From positions 31,819,796 through 31,870,000 of the forward strand of contig NW_027361752.1 in assembly GCF_039654945.1 (NCBI RefSeq): a DNA stretch of 50,205 nucleotides. The letters are read 5' to 3'. Shown in pieces: positions 33,335-47,037 of the stretch. Under the pieces are notes generated by a model. That model was given only the letters and a program-made list of their open reading frames with translations. It was not told the DNA's origin and ran no database searches. Each line of letters opens with the position of its first letter. Positions within the stretch are counted from its first letter, which is position 1. A program made the translations under genes and the position numbers. This DNA is from Dendrobates tinctorius (lineage: Eukaryota).

Positions 33335-33391
33335 ATGTACTAGCAAGCCAAGAACAAGGAGGAGAGATTGCAACGGTCACCATCGATCAGC
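33335..33391 (+). CDS. GABPA: GABPA coding exon 6 (VLASQEQGGEIATVTIDQ)
   Basis: caccag / gtaagt boundaries. Confidence 0.93.
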
Positions 33392-33896
33392 GTAAGTTAT
33401 ACTTATGTCCTGTGTAATAGAAATGCACTCACCTAAAGCTTAAAGTAGATTTACATTAGTAAGCCTGATGTTGGGATTTTTACATTCTGATGACAAAAGT
33501 TTAGTCACATCTTTCTGAAAAACTAAATCGCAGCGTGGCAGCACTTCTGTTATCAGTTTTTCCATAGCAGCCACCTTGAGAAAAATGTCAGATACCGACC
33601 CCGGTTACTGCTGGTGTGCAGCATCATACAGAGCATACATGGTTGTCAGGTCACACATACAGGATGTGTGATCTGAAAGCCATAAAGAAGTATCACTATC
33701 CCAGACGTGTATGGCAACTATGCCGACCATGCCATAAATATCTGGATATGGGACCTAGAGGCAACATCCGCACTTATGTGGAGAGCCAGTGTACAGGAGA
33801 TGTGGCCGCTTTCTCCATTCGCTTCCCACTGATTGCTTCTGCTGATCTCATACCTGCAGTAGAAATGAATGTGGAGAGCCCACATGCACGTGGTGC

Positions 33897-34176
33897 CGCC
33901 TCTGCCGTTCATTCTCTGCCCTCACGACCGCCTCTGCCGTTCATTCTCTGCCCTCAAGACCGCCTCTGCCGTTCATTCTCTGCCCTCACGACCGCCTCTG
34001 CCGTTCATTCTCTGCCCTCACGACCGCCTCTGCCGTTCATTCTCTGCCCTCACGACCGCCTCTGCCGTTCATTCTCTGCCCTCACGACCGCCTCTGCCGT
34101 TCATTCTCTGCCCTCACGACCGCCTCTGCCGTTCATTCTCTGCCCTCACGACCGCCTCTGCCGTTCATTCTCTGCC
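33897..34176. repeat. 32-bp minisatellite CCGCCTCTGCCGTTCATTCTCTGCCCTCACGA, about 9 copies
   Basis: Direct reading. Confidence 0.95.
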
Positions 34177-34580
34177 CATTTATTCCATGGCGCTTTACAT
34201 GGGAAAAGGGGAAATATAGACAAGTAAAATAAACATGTGCAAGACAAGGGACACACAAGTACAGAAGGAGAGAGCACACTGCCTGTGAGGGCTCACAGTC
34301 TACAGGGATGGGTGAGGATATTGATAAAATGTCATAGGCCGCATAGGTTGATTCTGCACCATAATTGTTTCCAATATTTCATTTAAGCTGTTTTTTTTTT
34401 TTTTTCTGCAGCCTGTACCAGATGTCACTGATGACTGACAGGGCAGATGTAAAGTTCTCAGGCTGATTTTTGCCACAGATTTGGACTTGGCCTTACAGAC
34501 TTTATGCCTGGTCTTCAGCAAAAATCTCAGTTCCTGGCGAAATCTACAAAGCTAAAGAAAATGTTCTTGTTTCCTTGCAG

Positions 34581-34724
34581 CCGTTCAGATCATCCCCGGG
34601 ACATTGGCGAATACGACGCCAACAACAACCATAAAGGTTATAAACACTCAAACCAAAGTAGCAAAAGTCCAGCGGGCGCCTCGTATATCCGGAGAAGACA
34701 GAAGTTCTCCTGGAAATAGAACGG
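34581..34724 (+). CDS. GABPA: GABPA coding exon 7 (VQIIP...RAPRISGEDRSSPGNRT)
   Basis: ttgcag / gtaaat boundaries. Confidence 0.95.
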
Positions 34725-35000
34725 GTAAATGTCACCACTTCAGCTGCATGGATCCTATACATCTAGAGCTGCATTCACAATTCCACTCGGTTACAACTAG
34801 AAATCATCCAACACTTTGATAACAGACACAGATATTTTAATTCGTATTAGTGAAATCAAAATTTGACTTCAGTATATGCTTGTACATTGCGTGCAAACTC
34901 AACCCCTGAGAATGAGCCATATATCCGTTCCCACCTGAAGGATGAACACACGTGCATCCTATATTAATATTAGACCTAATTGTACCTGTTTTTCCTGCAG

Positions 35001-35193
35001 GCAATAATGGACAGATTCAGCTCTGGCAGTTCCTCTTAGAGCTGCTCACAGACAAAGATGCCAGAGACTGTATATCTTGGGTGGGAGATGAAGGAGAATT
35101 TAAGTTAAACCAACCGGAGCTCGTTGCTCAGAAATGGGGACAACGTAAAAATAAGCCCACCATGAACTACGAGAAGCTCAGTCGTGCACTTAG
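35001..35193 (+). CDS. GABPA: GABPA coding exon 8 (ETS domain: [14 protein letters not shown]...[10 protein letters not shown])
   Basis: ctgcag / gtaaga boundaries. Confidence 0.98.
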
Positions 35194-37130
35194 GTAAGAT
35201 ATGCACACTCTCCGTGTTCTTAGATGTTCATCATAATTGTGCTTTTGCAAAAGTTCAACGTGGGAGGCTGAAAATGTATGTTTTGCATCCTTACAGGCCA
35301 TGCTCATGTCTTGTTGGTTCCGATTGATGACCAAAATGGATCTGTTAGCTAATTGATAAAAACAGATGCCGAATACGACCCTACTGACTATTAGGTGGAT
35401 TATCTGCTTTATGTTTGGTGTCTGTTTTCAGAATAGATATACACTAAAAGAAGGAACACAAAAAAAAAAGTCGAAAAAAACCCACGGTAATACTCCTACT
35501 AATCAGGACAATCCCAAGAATGCTGGGTAGGGGTGACCCACAAAATAGTATGAGCAATCCATATAATTGGGGATAGGGTAAAGAGGAGCACATAGAAAAC
35601 TATTAAATGATGACCTTTACTCACCCTCGACCTATCCCAATTTTACAACTTCCTACCAGCGGAGATTAACTGTGGAGAGCCGCTGTGCTGTAGGGGCGCC
35701 ATTATCGATACAAGTAGGGTGCCAACCTCCGCGGACAGGCAGGTGATCAGTATTAGGGATACAGTATAGTTGAACTGATATTTATGGTCTTTGCTATAAG
35801 GAACTTTTTATTGCACTTTTCTTTTTTTTTTTTTTAACTTTTGCACATTGTGACTGTAATTAGATGGTATACGCCGATTAGGTGGAATTGTCCACAGCAT
35901 TTCCACAACTCCCCGCCGTGGGTAAAGCGCATGTGTTTTGCGATTTGAAGCATCGCTTGGAAAAGTGATTGACTGGTTGGTCACACTTGTCAAGCATAGT
36001 GCTTGACAAGTGGGACCAACTTTTTACTATTGATGCTGCATAGGCAGCATCAATAGTAAAATATAGAATGTTAAAAATAATAAATAGGGATATACTTGCC
36101 CTCTGTCTGCCTCCGGAGGGCTCCCGGTCCTCAGCGGCGCTGCCAGCAAGTTCCGTTCCCAGGGTTGCTTTGCGACAATGCATCCCTGGGAACGGAACTT
36201 GGAGGACATTCAGGGATATTTAGGGGCAGCCGCCGTTGAGTGGTGGTGCCATTTGCCTTGAATAGGGTGCCAACCTCCGCTGGTAGGCAGGTATAAGATT
36301 GAGATAAGTCTAGGTTGAGTAAAGGTCATCATTTAATAGTTTATTAAAAGATGTCTTTAGGGTTCTGTGTTATTAATGATGTCATTGTTCCCTAAAGTGT
36401 TTTGGATTATGTTTTTAGAACAAAAGAAAAAGCGCAAAATGTGGAACTTTTTTTTAATTCTGTTTGTATGAGATAGCAAACAGATCCATTCTCAGAGTAC
36501 TGTTTGTCTTTTCCTAAAAGGGCACCCACTAAGCTCCCAAACATGTGAACAGATGCTAAATGGTCCTTGTCTTTGCTACAAATGTTACAGCAATCAATAG
36601 TACAATTGAAAATGGGAAACTTTGTAACGAATCACATTAGTGAAATCTGCTTCTTTTTTCCCTTATGAGACATTTCTTTTCCTCTCCCCTGAACATTTCA
36701 TTCACTATGGGGGAAAAAACTGCTAAGATCCAATTTGGTCAAAACAAGTCAGCCAGTCCACTGAGATATCAGCTGCCTATTGAAGCCTATGTAAAGGGGA
36801 GTATGATGGAGAGGAGCGATACACATAAGGAGACACACAGGCAGTGCTGCTTTCTTATCAGTGCTTTAGATCACTTAAGAACAGGTTTCACAGCTGCATA
36901 TGGAGACCAGAGCAAGAATCCCTTGTATGTGTTCCGTGTATGGGGATCTAGCAGCTGGCCTCCACCCCACTAGCTCAGAGACATCTGAAAATTAGAGACT
37001 GCAGAGGCGAAAAATGCAGGATACAAGTAATTTCCTGAAACAGTGTTATTCTTTTGTATATTAGACAGCTTAATCTAAAGTGTCCCTAAACTGACAGGTA
37101 TTCTGTAAAGGAGTTTTCTCATCTTATTAA

Positions 37131-37972
37131 CCCCTTAACGACCAGGGGTATTTTTGGTTTTACATTTTCATTTTTCCCTCCCCTTCTTTCCAGAGCCATA
37201 ACTTTTTTATTTTTCCGTTTATATGGCCATGTGAGGGCTTATTTTTTGCGGGACGAGTTGTACTTTTAAATGACATCATTGGTTTTACCATATCGTGTAC
37301 TCGAAAACGGGAAAAAAATTCCAAGGCGGTGAAATTGCAAAAAAAGTGCAATCCCACACTTGTTTTTTGCTTGGCTTTTTTGTTAGATTCACTAGATGCT
37401 AAATCTGACCTGCCATTATGATTCTCCAGGTCATTGCGAGTTCATAGTCACCAAACATGTCTATGTCCTCTTTTATCTAAGTGGTGAAAAAAAATTCCAA
37501 AGTTTGCTAAAAAAAAAAAAAAATTTGCGCAATTTTCCGAGACCCGTAGCGTCTCCATTTTTCATGATCTGGGGTCGGATGAGGGCTTATTTTTGCCGTG
37601 CCGGACTGACGTTTTTAATGATGCCATTTTTGTGCAGATACGTTCTTTTGATCGCCCGTTATTGCATTTTAATGCAATGTCGTGGTGACCAAAAAAAACG
37701 TAATTCTGGCGTTTTGAATTTTTTTCTCGCTACGCCGTTTAGCGATTGGGTTAATGCTTTTTTTTATTGATAGATCGGGCGATTCTGAACGCGGCAATAC
37801 CTAATGTGTATGTGGGATTTTTTTTTACTGTTTTATTTTGATTGGGGCGAAAGGGGGGTGATTTGAACTTTTAGGTTTTTTTTAATTTTTTTTTATTTTC
37901 AGCGCCGGAGCCCTCATCAAAGCAGGGGAAATGTCTGATGACGGACTGTGTCCGTCATTGGACATTAAGGGG
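37131..37972. mobile_element. piggyBac-like non-autonomous element
   Basis: TTAA|CCCCTTAA...TTAAGGGG|TTAA; related degenerate sequence in opposite orientation at about 43450-44245 and 19800-20160. Confidence 0.8.
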
Positions 37973-38298
37973 TTAAATAAGTAAAATTCCAAAGTGCTTG
38001 TAAAAAAGAGAAACTTTAGCATTTTACCCCTTTGTAAAAAAAAAAAAAAAAATACTCAACAATAGAGGGATTTTTAGTTTCTAGATTTCCCTGCCCATTG
38101 CCTAGGGTGTAAGCGCACACTCTTGTGTAGGAAACCAGCCACTTCGGATTTACTGCAGATGTGGCTGGTTTCTTGCGCAAGAGCGTTCGCTTATGAGCTG
38201 TTTGATACGCAGCTTGCACGTGCTGCTCTGAAGCTGCCAAGATCTGTCCTGCTTCAGTGCCCCTGTTGCGGGCACATGGGTTATACCAGGAGCCCAAC

Positions 38299-39889
38299 CG
38301 TGCTTCTGGACTGAACTGTCCATCTTCAGCAGGGCAGCCGTGCCTCTGGACTGAACTGTCCATCTTCAGCAGGGCAGCCGTGCCTCTGGACTGAACTGTC
38401 CCATCTTCAGTAGGGCAGCCGTGCCTCTGGACTGAACTGTCCCATCTTCAGGAGGGCAGCCGTGCCTCTGGACTGAACTGTCCCATCTTCAGCAGGGCAG
38501 CCGTGCCTCTGGACTGAACTGTCCCATCTTCAGCAGGGCAGCCGTGCCTCTGGACTGAACTGTCCCATCTTCAGCAGGGCAGCCGTGCCTCTGGACTGAA
38601 CTGTCCCATCTTCAGCAGGGCAGCCGTGCCTCTGGACTGAACTGTCCCATCTTCAGCAGGGCAGCCGTGCCTCTGGACTGAACTGTCCCATCTTCAGCAG
38701 GGCAGCCGTGCCTCTGGACTGAACTGTCCCATCTTCAGCAGGGCAGCCGTGCCTCTGGACTGAACTGTCCCATCTTCAGCAGGGCAGCCGTGCCTCTGGA
38801 CTGAACTGTCCCATCTTCAGCAGGGCAGCCGTGCCTCTGGACTGAACTGTCCCATCTTCAGCAGGGCAGCCGTGCCTCTGGACTGAACTGTCCCATCTTC
38901 AGCAGGGCAGCCGTGCCTCTGGACTGAACTGTCCCATCTTCAGCAGGGCAGCCGTGCCTCTGGACTGAACTGTCCCATCTTCAGCAGGGCAGCCGTGCCT
39001 CTGGACTGAACTGTCCCATCTTCAGCAGGGCAGCCGTGCCTCTGGACTGAACTGTCCCATCTTCAGCAGGGCAGCCGTGCCTCTGGACTGAACTGTCCCA
39101 TCTTCAGCAGGGCAGCCGTGCCTCTGGACTGAACTGTCCCATCTTCAGCAGGGCAGCCGTGCCTCTGGACTGAACTGTCCCATCTTCAGCAGGGCAGCCG
39201 TGCCTCTGGACTGAACTGTCCCATCTTCAGCAGGGCAGCCGTGCCTCTGGACTGAACTGTCCCATCTTCAGCAGGGCAGCCGTGCCTCTGGACTGAACTG
39301 TCCCATCTTCAGCAGGGCAGCCGTGCCTCTGGACTGAACTGTCCCATCTTCAGCAGGGCAGCCGTGCCTCTGGACTGAACTGTCCCATCTTCAGCAGGGC
39401 AGCCGTGCCTCTGGACTGAACTGTCCCATCTTCAGCAGGGCAGCCGTGCCTCTGGACTGAACTGTCCCATCTTCAGCAGGGCAGCCGTGCCTCTGGACTG
39501 AACTGTCCCATCTTCAGCAGGGCAGCCGTGCCTCTGGACTGAACTGTCCCATCTTCAGCAGGGCAGCCGTGCCTCTGGACTGAACTGTCCCATCTTCAGC
39601 AGGGCAGCCGTGCCTCTGGACGGAACTGTCCCATCTTCAGCAGGGCAGCCGTGCCTCTGGACGGAACTGTCCCATCTTCAGCAGGGCAGCCGTGCCTCTG
39701 GACGGAACTGTCCCATCTTCAGCAGGGCAGCCGTGCCTCTGGACGGAACTGTCCCATCTTCAGCAGGGCAGCCGTGCCTCTGGACGGAACTGTCCCATCT
39801 TCAGCAGGGCAGCCGTGCCTCTGGACGGAACTGTCCCATCTTCAGCAGGGCAGCCGTGCCTCTGGACGGAACTGTCCCATCTTCAGCAG
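38299..39889. repeat. 41-bp minisatellite GTGCCTCTGGACTGAACTGTCCCATCTTCAGCAGGGCAGCC, about 39 copies, in the last GABPA intron
   Basis: Direct reading; the last 7 units carry a T>G variant (GGACGG). Confidence 0.97.
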
Positions 39890-40029
39890 CGCTGGGGGGG
39901 TTGCGCTCTTGTAAAAAGAGAATTTATTTTAATCACTTGTCTTATTTTGCTTTTTCTTTTATTTACATTTTAACCATAAACCCTCATGCTGTATATTTAT
40001 ATATATTTTTTTTCTCTCTGGTCCTCTAG

Positions 40030-40258
40030 ATATTACTATGATGGGGACATGATCTGTAAAGTTCAAGGCAAAAGGTTTGTCTACAAGTTTGTTTGTGACC
40101 TGAAGACTTTAATCGGATACAGCGCAGCTGAGCTGAGCCGCCTGGTGTCCGAGTGCGAGCAGAAGAAGATGGCCAAGCTGCAGTTACATGGTTTAGGACA
40201 GCCGGTCACAGCCGTGGCCCTGGCCACAGCATCATTGCATTCGGACAAAGACAACTAG
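40030..40258 (+). CDS. GABPA: GABPA last coding exon ([24 protein letters not shown]...HSDKDN*)
   Basis: ctctag acceptor; the nine exons sum to 1368 nt, i.e. 455 aa plus stop. Confidence 0.97.
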
Positions 40259-43200
40259 GCATTTCAGAAACCCGCCTGCACCCACGGGCCACATTCTACC
40301 ACCATGCAAGTTTCTCACCTCAGAGCCCAAGGCGCTTTTATTTTCAGACTGTACAGTGTTCGGCTTGATTTTCTACAGAGGACTTTAATGAATTTGGAAC
40401 TTGTTATTTTTTCATATTACAAGTTTCTTTGCCAGAGCCCTTTACACAAAGGGAGCAGGAAATATTTTATATATTTTGAATATGAAGCGATAATTTACAA
40501 TTTTTAGTAAGGTTTCCTCATGGAGGATATATTATTCATCCATCATTTCAGTTAGAAATACCCTAAACTTTTCCAAGTCTTTATTATTTTTATTTTTTTG
40601 TTTCTATTTTTTTATATAAATCTGCTGATCTTCTTTATGTCGAGGATCCCAAGATGCATTTTGTTTTCTGCTTCAATAACACTATACAGTATAGATTTCT
40701 CAATGTGTTCAAAGCTTTTATGCTCAAAATATATGAATTCAGATATTTTGGGGGGGAGGATCAGAATGTTTTGTAGAGGAGGCAACACACCACATATAAA
40801 ATGTATGTTAGCGTTCAGCTAAAAAGGTGTGCAGGACCCTGGTCCAATGGCCATGTACATGGCTGCTGGATTAAAGCTCTGAGAACCTCCTCTTACCTGT
40901 TGGTGTCCCCGGAGGGCCTCTTCTGATTAGATGGGTCCGTGGCCTCATTATATGGCAGCACAATGCCCACATGACATTGCAGGAGGGCCAACAAATCAGA
41001 AGAGGCTAAGGATCCATCATTGCAATAAAACAACAATCACCTTCTGGCTGATCCCATGCCGGTCTCTGTATTTGGGCCCCTAGCTTGTCACATGTGGCCA
41101 CTACAATCTGCGCCTACTGGGGACAGGCTATATGATACTCTGCTCCATTGTTATGGGGATTTAGTTTGTTCAGATCTTTGAAAACCTGGAATTTGTCTAC
41201 AGGGGTCTGCAATTCCACTATTTGTGAACAAACCTGTAAGATTGGTGAAATATAAGAGGATGTCCACTACTTTATCATTGATCACCTATCTTCAGGATAG
41301 GTCATCAATGCCTGATGGTTCAGGGTCCGGCATCCCCTCCCCCGTTCAGCTGTTCTTGGCAGCCGCCGGCCGGAACTCCTCATTTGTGGAGCTGTTCCAT
41401 CGTCTTATAGATGCCATGGCTGGGTACTATCGGAAGACGGAGCTGCTCTGCAATTGACCAGTTGTGGCCTGCGGACACTGAGGGCAACAGATCCCCGGGA
41501 CATACACCAAGGAGATGGGATGAACTTTTGTAGATATGGTGAAACCAAGTATGCTCATTATTTTATCTTTTATTTTTGTATTCGTAAAATGGGGTGATTC
41601 AAATATTTTTTTCATTTTTTTTTAGTTTTATGAGCTTTTCAAGTGAGTGATGCTACTAGTAATTGATAACTGTCTGTGCATGCAGTCATGTAGGAAAGAC
41701 TGGTACTCGCGGAGTTGGACCACCCACTGGACTGGTATATGCACAAACTTTACCAGGGAGATTTCAATCAGTAAAACTTTCAGAGCTGTTTGACATGTCT
41801 ATGCAATTCAGTTTGATGTCAGACTGCAATGCACGGAGTGGCCGGGGCTCTCCAGATTGGTGCGTGACAGCTTCATATATTTCCATGAAGCGATCATGCT
41901 CAGGTCAGGAGATGTGCAGCCAAGTCCGTACATTGCAATTCAACATCAGACCGAATTACTGAAATCAACCTGATTAGCGCCTCCTGCTTTATACTGTTAC
42001 ATCCTGCCTGCAGATCAGATGCAGTTTGCGTCCTGACGGGTTTCCTTTTAAGGATTTTGCAGTTTGAAAGGAATAGCGCAACATTTTTCTTTTCAGATCA
42101 TAATATTAAAAAAAAACTTCAAAATAAAATGAGTAATCTTGCAATTTTCACATTGGCCACTGGGCCTTATTTAGACTCCAAATTCAAGTCCTTTATGGAA
42201 GAGATTTCATCAGTCTCCGTATTATCAGAGGCAGGATTACAATGACGGGTAACTCCTCTATACACAGCTGATAACACAGGATTCGCCATAGGCAATGTCA
42301 CAGTCCACCTCCTGTTTCACAATGACTCATTAGATGCTTCAGTACGAAAGATAGGGTTGAGGTCTGTACATTACGGCTATGTACATGTTTCCTTTGTACA
42401 GGGAGTTGATCTAAAAAAGAAAAAAAAAAAAAAAAAAAAAACTTGTGGCCAGTGTGAAAACATTTTTCTTTCAAAGCAGATTGTGATATGAGTTTAAAAA
42501 AAAAAAAAAAAACCATTAACACAAATGAAAGGAGTTGGGTCTCCTGTACTAGACCTTCAACTTTTAGTCAAAGTGGAGAGCAGCTCCAATAACCATGCCT
42601 CAGTATGGAGGACCTGGCATGTCTGTACATTACACAGACGGCCTGTTAATTTTCATGAAGCCTGTGATACTTTCTCTCACCTGCGGAGGTGCTGCAGAGA
42701 AATTTGAACACTTGCTATCAATGTCCCTCACTACATAGCTACCTGTGTCACATAAGTGTGAAGCCCGAGAGATGTGAAGTCAAAACCATAGTGTAATGGA
42801 GCTGTGTCCTTGTCCGATATGTCTGAAATATAAATGCTGCATAGAACTCAATAGATGCGGACATCTTTGGGGAAAATGTATATGCTTTTTTTTTTTTTTT
42901 TTTTTTACTGTATTTTGGGATAAAAAAAATAATGCAGTTGCGTTTCATTGAATATTTCTGAACTGTTTGCTTGCTATGAGCCGTGTTACTGTGTATTACT
43001 GACTGCAAAATGAGTTAACTGAGGATCCATCAGTGAGCTTGTTCTGACCGGGAGTTTTTAACTCTTCTTTATACCATTGTTGGAGCTCATCTCATCTGAT
43101 TTATGAACACATCAAAGTTGAGCTGATCTTTGATACGAGTCGGCTGCCAGGAGCTCGGAAAGAGACAATGGAATTACAAACTCGCTGTCAGAATGAGCTC

Positions 43201-45818
43201 ATTGACAAATTCTCAATCAAAGGGAAACTTGCCCCCTGATTTTTGCTGCCCAAACCGTAGCCAGCATAAATCAGAGCCCGGTCTGCTGTGCAGTTTGGGG
43301 CCCATGACCAGAGCCTAGTTCCAGTGCTGCTGTAGATGACTGACAGGTCTCTCCCACAGCAGCTCACTTGTCAATCAACTGCAACGGTGCTGGGAAGAAC
43401 TGTCCGAGGGGGCCACACTGGACTAAGGAAGGCTGGAAGGGGGTGTAACCCCTTCACTACCATTTTTATGTCAAAGGTCCTGTCCCTGCCTTTGATGTGG
43501 ACTCACTGGCCAAGTTTGCAGCTTTCCCTGCAGGTGACAGCTGATTTAATCAGTGATCATGTGCCTGTAACAGCTGCCCAATAAAAAAAATATGCACATT
43601 TGGTATCGCTGCGTTCACAACGTCCGATCTATCAAAATCTATTAATCCGATCGGGAAACTGTGTATCGAGGAAACAAAATCTAAACGCCAGAATTACTAC
43701 TTTTTTTTTTTTAGCTGCTGCAACATTGCAATAAGAGGTGATAAAAGCATTATATCTACCCCAATATGGTGTCAGTAAAAACATTGGCTCAGGGTGAAAA
43801 AAAAAAAAACCCTTTTCCTGCCCCAGATCTCTGAAAATGTTGACATAAGCAAAACATTTTTTTGTCACACATATTTCTGTATTATTTTTTTTTCACTTCT
43901 TAAATAATTAAAAAAAACAAAAAAAAAAAAAAAAAACCTATACATGTTTGCTATCTACCCACTGCTACTGCCTTGGAGAATTATATTACCGGGTCAGTTT
44001 TACCATATAGTGAATGTGGTAAATGAAAAAACACAAAAAAAAAAATTGTGGAATTGCACTTTTTTTTTTTTTTTTTTCTTTCAATTTCCCTACACTTGGA
44101 TTTTTTTTTCCCACTTTCCAGTACACTGTGCGGTAAAATCAATGGTGTCGCTCAAAAGTACAACTCGTCCCGCAAACCACAAACCCCATGTGGAAAAAAT
44201 AGAAAAAAAGTTATGACTGTGGGAAGAAGGGGAGAAAAAAAATGGAAGGTCATGATATATAATGGTCATGATCATAATATGCCTGCCTGCAGTTTTGCAT
44301 CCGGGTTCCATTACATGCTGCCTGATGAGGGGTTTGTGCAGCATTAATCAGGTGACACAGAGAAAGTTGGCTCTGTTCTTTGGGGGACGGTTTCTTCTGT
44401 TCCTGTATGTTTCTTCCTGCTTATGATTGGTCAACGTTAGGCAGGGGAAAAAGTAAACGCCCACAGAGACTCATTTCTGCTAGCGCCCCATTGGCTATCG
44501 TGGAAATTAGCATTTTGGATGCCATAAACTACCAGCTGATATTTCCACAGTAGAGATGAGAAATATAATAATAATTTATTTTTATGGGGGTTTTTTTTCC
44601 AGCTCTGCAGCTGCTATTCCATAATGTGGCCAGTTTACGGTCTCTCTTGGTGGCGTTTTTCCTTTTTCCTGTGATGTCCCAGCGCAGCTCCTTCTTTTTA
44701 CACTCTGGCAGTGACGCACCATTAAGTTGATTGTACCTAGCTGCTGGGAATTTTATTTTCTTTATCGCCTTATTGGGGGACACAGAATACCATGGGTGTA
44801 TACTGCTGCTGCTAGGAGGCTGACACTATGCAAAAACAATAAAATTAGCTCCTCCCCGGCAGTATACACCCACCGACAGGCACCAAGCACCTCAGTTTGT
44901 GCTTAGTGTCTGTAGGAGGCGGACCGGGATCTCCCCAGATCCGCATTTTTCTTTTCAGGTTTAGTCTGAACTTTTTAATTTTTCCCTCTTTTGTCTTTTA
45001 GGTTATTTTCCATCGGGAAACAGGGTGTAGTTGTCACCCTGATTTCCCATATCATGCGGCTGAGCGAGCAGTGTGGTGTCATCCACATCGCAACTCTCAG
45101 TACCGCAGGCAGGATTTTTCCCTTTCGCCTTCCGGTGATAAGGGTTGTGGACAGGTGGCTAGTCCTTGCCGAATCCCCCTCCTCACCCCTCTCTCGGGAC
45201 AGGGCTGAGAGGAAGACGGCGATCGCAGGTGTTTTAAGCCGTCTTCTGCAGGATGCGGGTACAGAGGACTCCCTTCCCCCCAGCGGCCTGCCGTTTCCCC
45301 GTGGGCCCCTGTGGTCATCCTCTTCAGGGACGTCAGGTAAGTGCCTGTACGTTCCCTCCGGCCCCGCATAACCTCCGTGAATGGCAGAAGTTGTACCTTT
45401 GTGATTTCAGGTCCACAATTTTTGAATTTCCCGCCCTCTCTGCCTGCCGCGCGCTCACGCCGCTTGTTTCTCACTCCCAGGGAGACACTGGGGATTCCTC
45501 CACTCACCACACAGCGTCACAAGCAGGGGAGGCAGACTTCCCAGGGCCACTGTCAGATCAGCTCCGTTATGTCGGCGCTGGCATGGGGCTGCGGCGTCTT
45601 CACTTTCACTTTCCCTCACAGTCTCCTCATCGCTGTGCTCCCTCCTCCCTTCCTGAGCGCGCTCTTTTCAGCGCGCCTTTACTAGCCCATCACAGGGCTC
45701 CTTTTCGTTTCATATGCCAGCCTTCTCCTTCGGCCATGCCCTCTCCTTCGCTGTTAACCAGTCATGGAGCCTCCAGCACAAGGATTTCCTGGTTGTTTCA
45801 CTCCTTCCTGCGCTGTTT

Positions 45819-46911
45819 CATAGAATCGTAGAGTTGGAAGGGACCTCCTGGGCCATCTGGTCCAACCCCCTGCTCTAAGCAGGATTCGCTAAATCATCCC
45901 AGTCAGATGTCTGTCCAGCCTCTGTTTGAAGACTTCCATTCAAGGAGAACTCACCACTTCTCGTGGCAGCCTGTTCCACTCATTGATCACTCTAACTGTC
46001 AAAAAGTTTTTTCTAATATCTAATCTGTGTCTCCTCCCATTCAGTTTCATCCCATTGCTTCTAGTCTTTCCTTGTGCAAATGAGAATAAAGTTGATCCTT
46101 CTACAATGTGACAGCCCTTTAGATATTTGTAGACAGCTATTAAGTCTCCTCTCAGTCTTCTCTTTTGCAAACTAAACATTCCCAAATCCTGCAACCTTTC
46201 CTCATAAGACAGGGTTTGCAGACCGGTCACCATTCTGGTCGCTCTTTTCTGAACTTGCTCCAGTTTGTTGATGTCTTTTTTAAAATGTGGTGCCCAAAAC
46301 TGGACACAATATTCCAGATGAGGTCTGACCAAAGAGGAGTAGAGGGAAATAATGACTTCACGTGATCTAGACTGTATGCTTCTGTTAATACATCCTAGAA
46401 TTGCATTTGCCTTTTTTGCTGCTGCATCACACTGTTGACTCATATTCAGTCTGTGATCTATTAGTATACCCAAGTCTTTTTCACATGTGCTGTCACTTAG
46501 CCCTATTCCTCCCATTCTATATATGCTTTTTCCATTTTTATTGCCCAGATGTAGTACTTTGCATTTCTCCCTGTTAAAAACCATTCTGTTAGTTGCTGCC
46601 CACTTCTCCAGTTTATTTAAATCTTTTTGAATCCTCTCTCTCTCTTCTCTAGTATTAGCTATCCCTCCTAGCTTTGTGTCATCAGCAAATTTAATCAGTT
46701 TACCCTCAATTCCTTCATCTAAATCGTTGATAAAGATGTTGAACAATACAGGGCCCAGGACAGAGCCCTGTGGTACCCCACTTGAGACATTCTTCCAACT
46801 GGATGTGCAGCCATTTACGACCACTCTTTGGGTCCGATCACTAAGCCAGTTATGAATCCACCTAACAGTTGCCTTGTCCATTCCATACTTAATCATTTTT
46901 TCAATAAGGAT
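45819..46911 (-). mobile_element. 5'-truncated CR1 LINE (C-terminal RT, ORF 46896-45940) nested in element 2
   Basis: SGVPQGSVLGP, FADD, SLVRPHLEYCVQFW, LQKRRLRGDLI; 3' tail ATTCTATG; 5-bp TSD TGTTT at 45814-45818 and 46912-46916. Confidence 0.95.
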
Positions 46912-47037
46912 TGTTTGGGGGACACTTCAGCGTTTTCTGCTGCTCACAGAATCTCGGTAGGCTCTGCTCTGAGGCAAAGATTAGCTCTCCTCGGCAGTTA
47001 TTCCTTAAATCCTGCGGCCATTCAGTGCAGTCTACTT

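Noticed and set aside
46828-47037. N-terminal part of the 399-aa ORF as a CR1-gag fusion
   Set aside because: It begins at a non-ATG codon in antisense CR1 sequence and is a chance open frame; gag more plausibly starts at ATG 47038 or by splicing.
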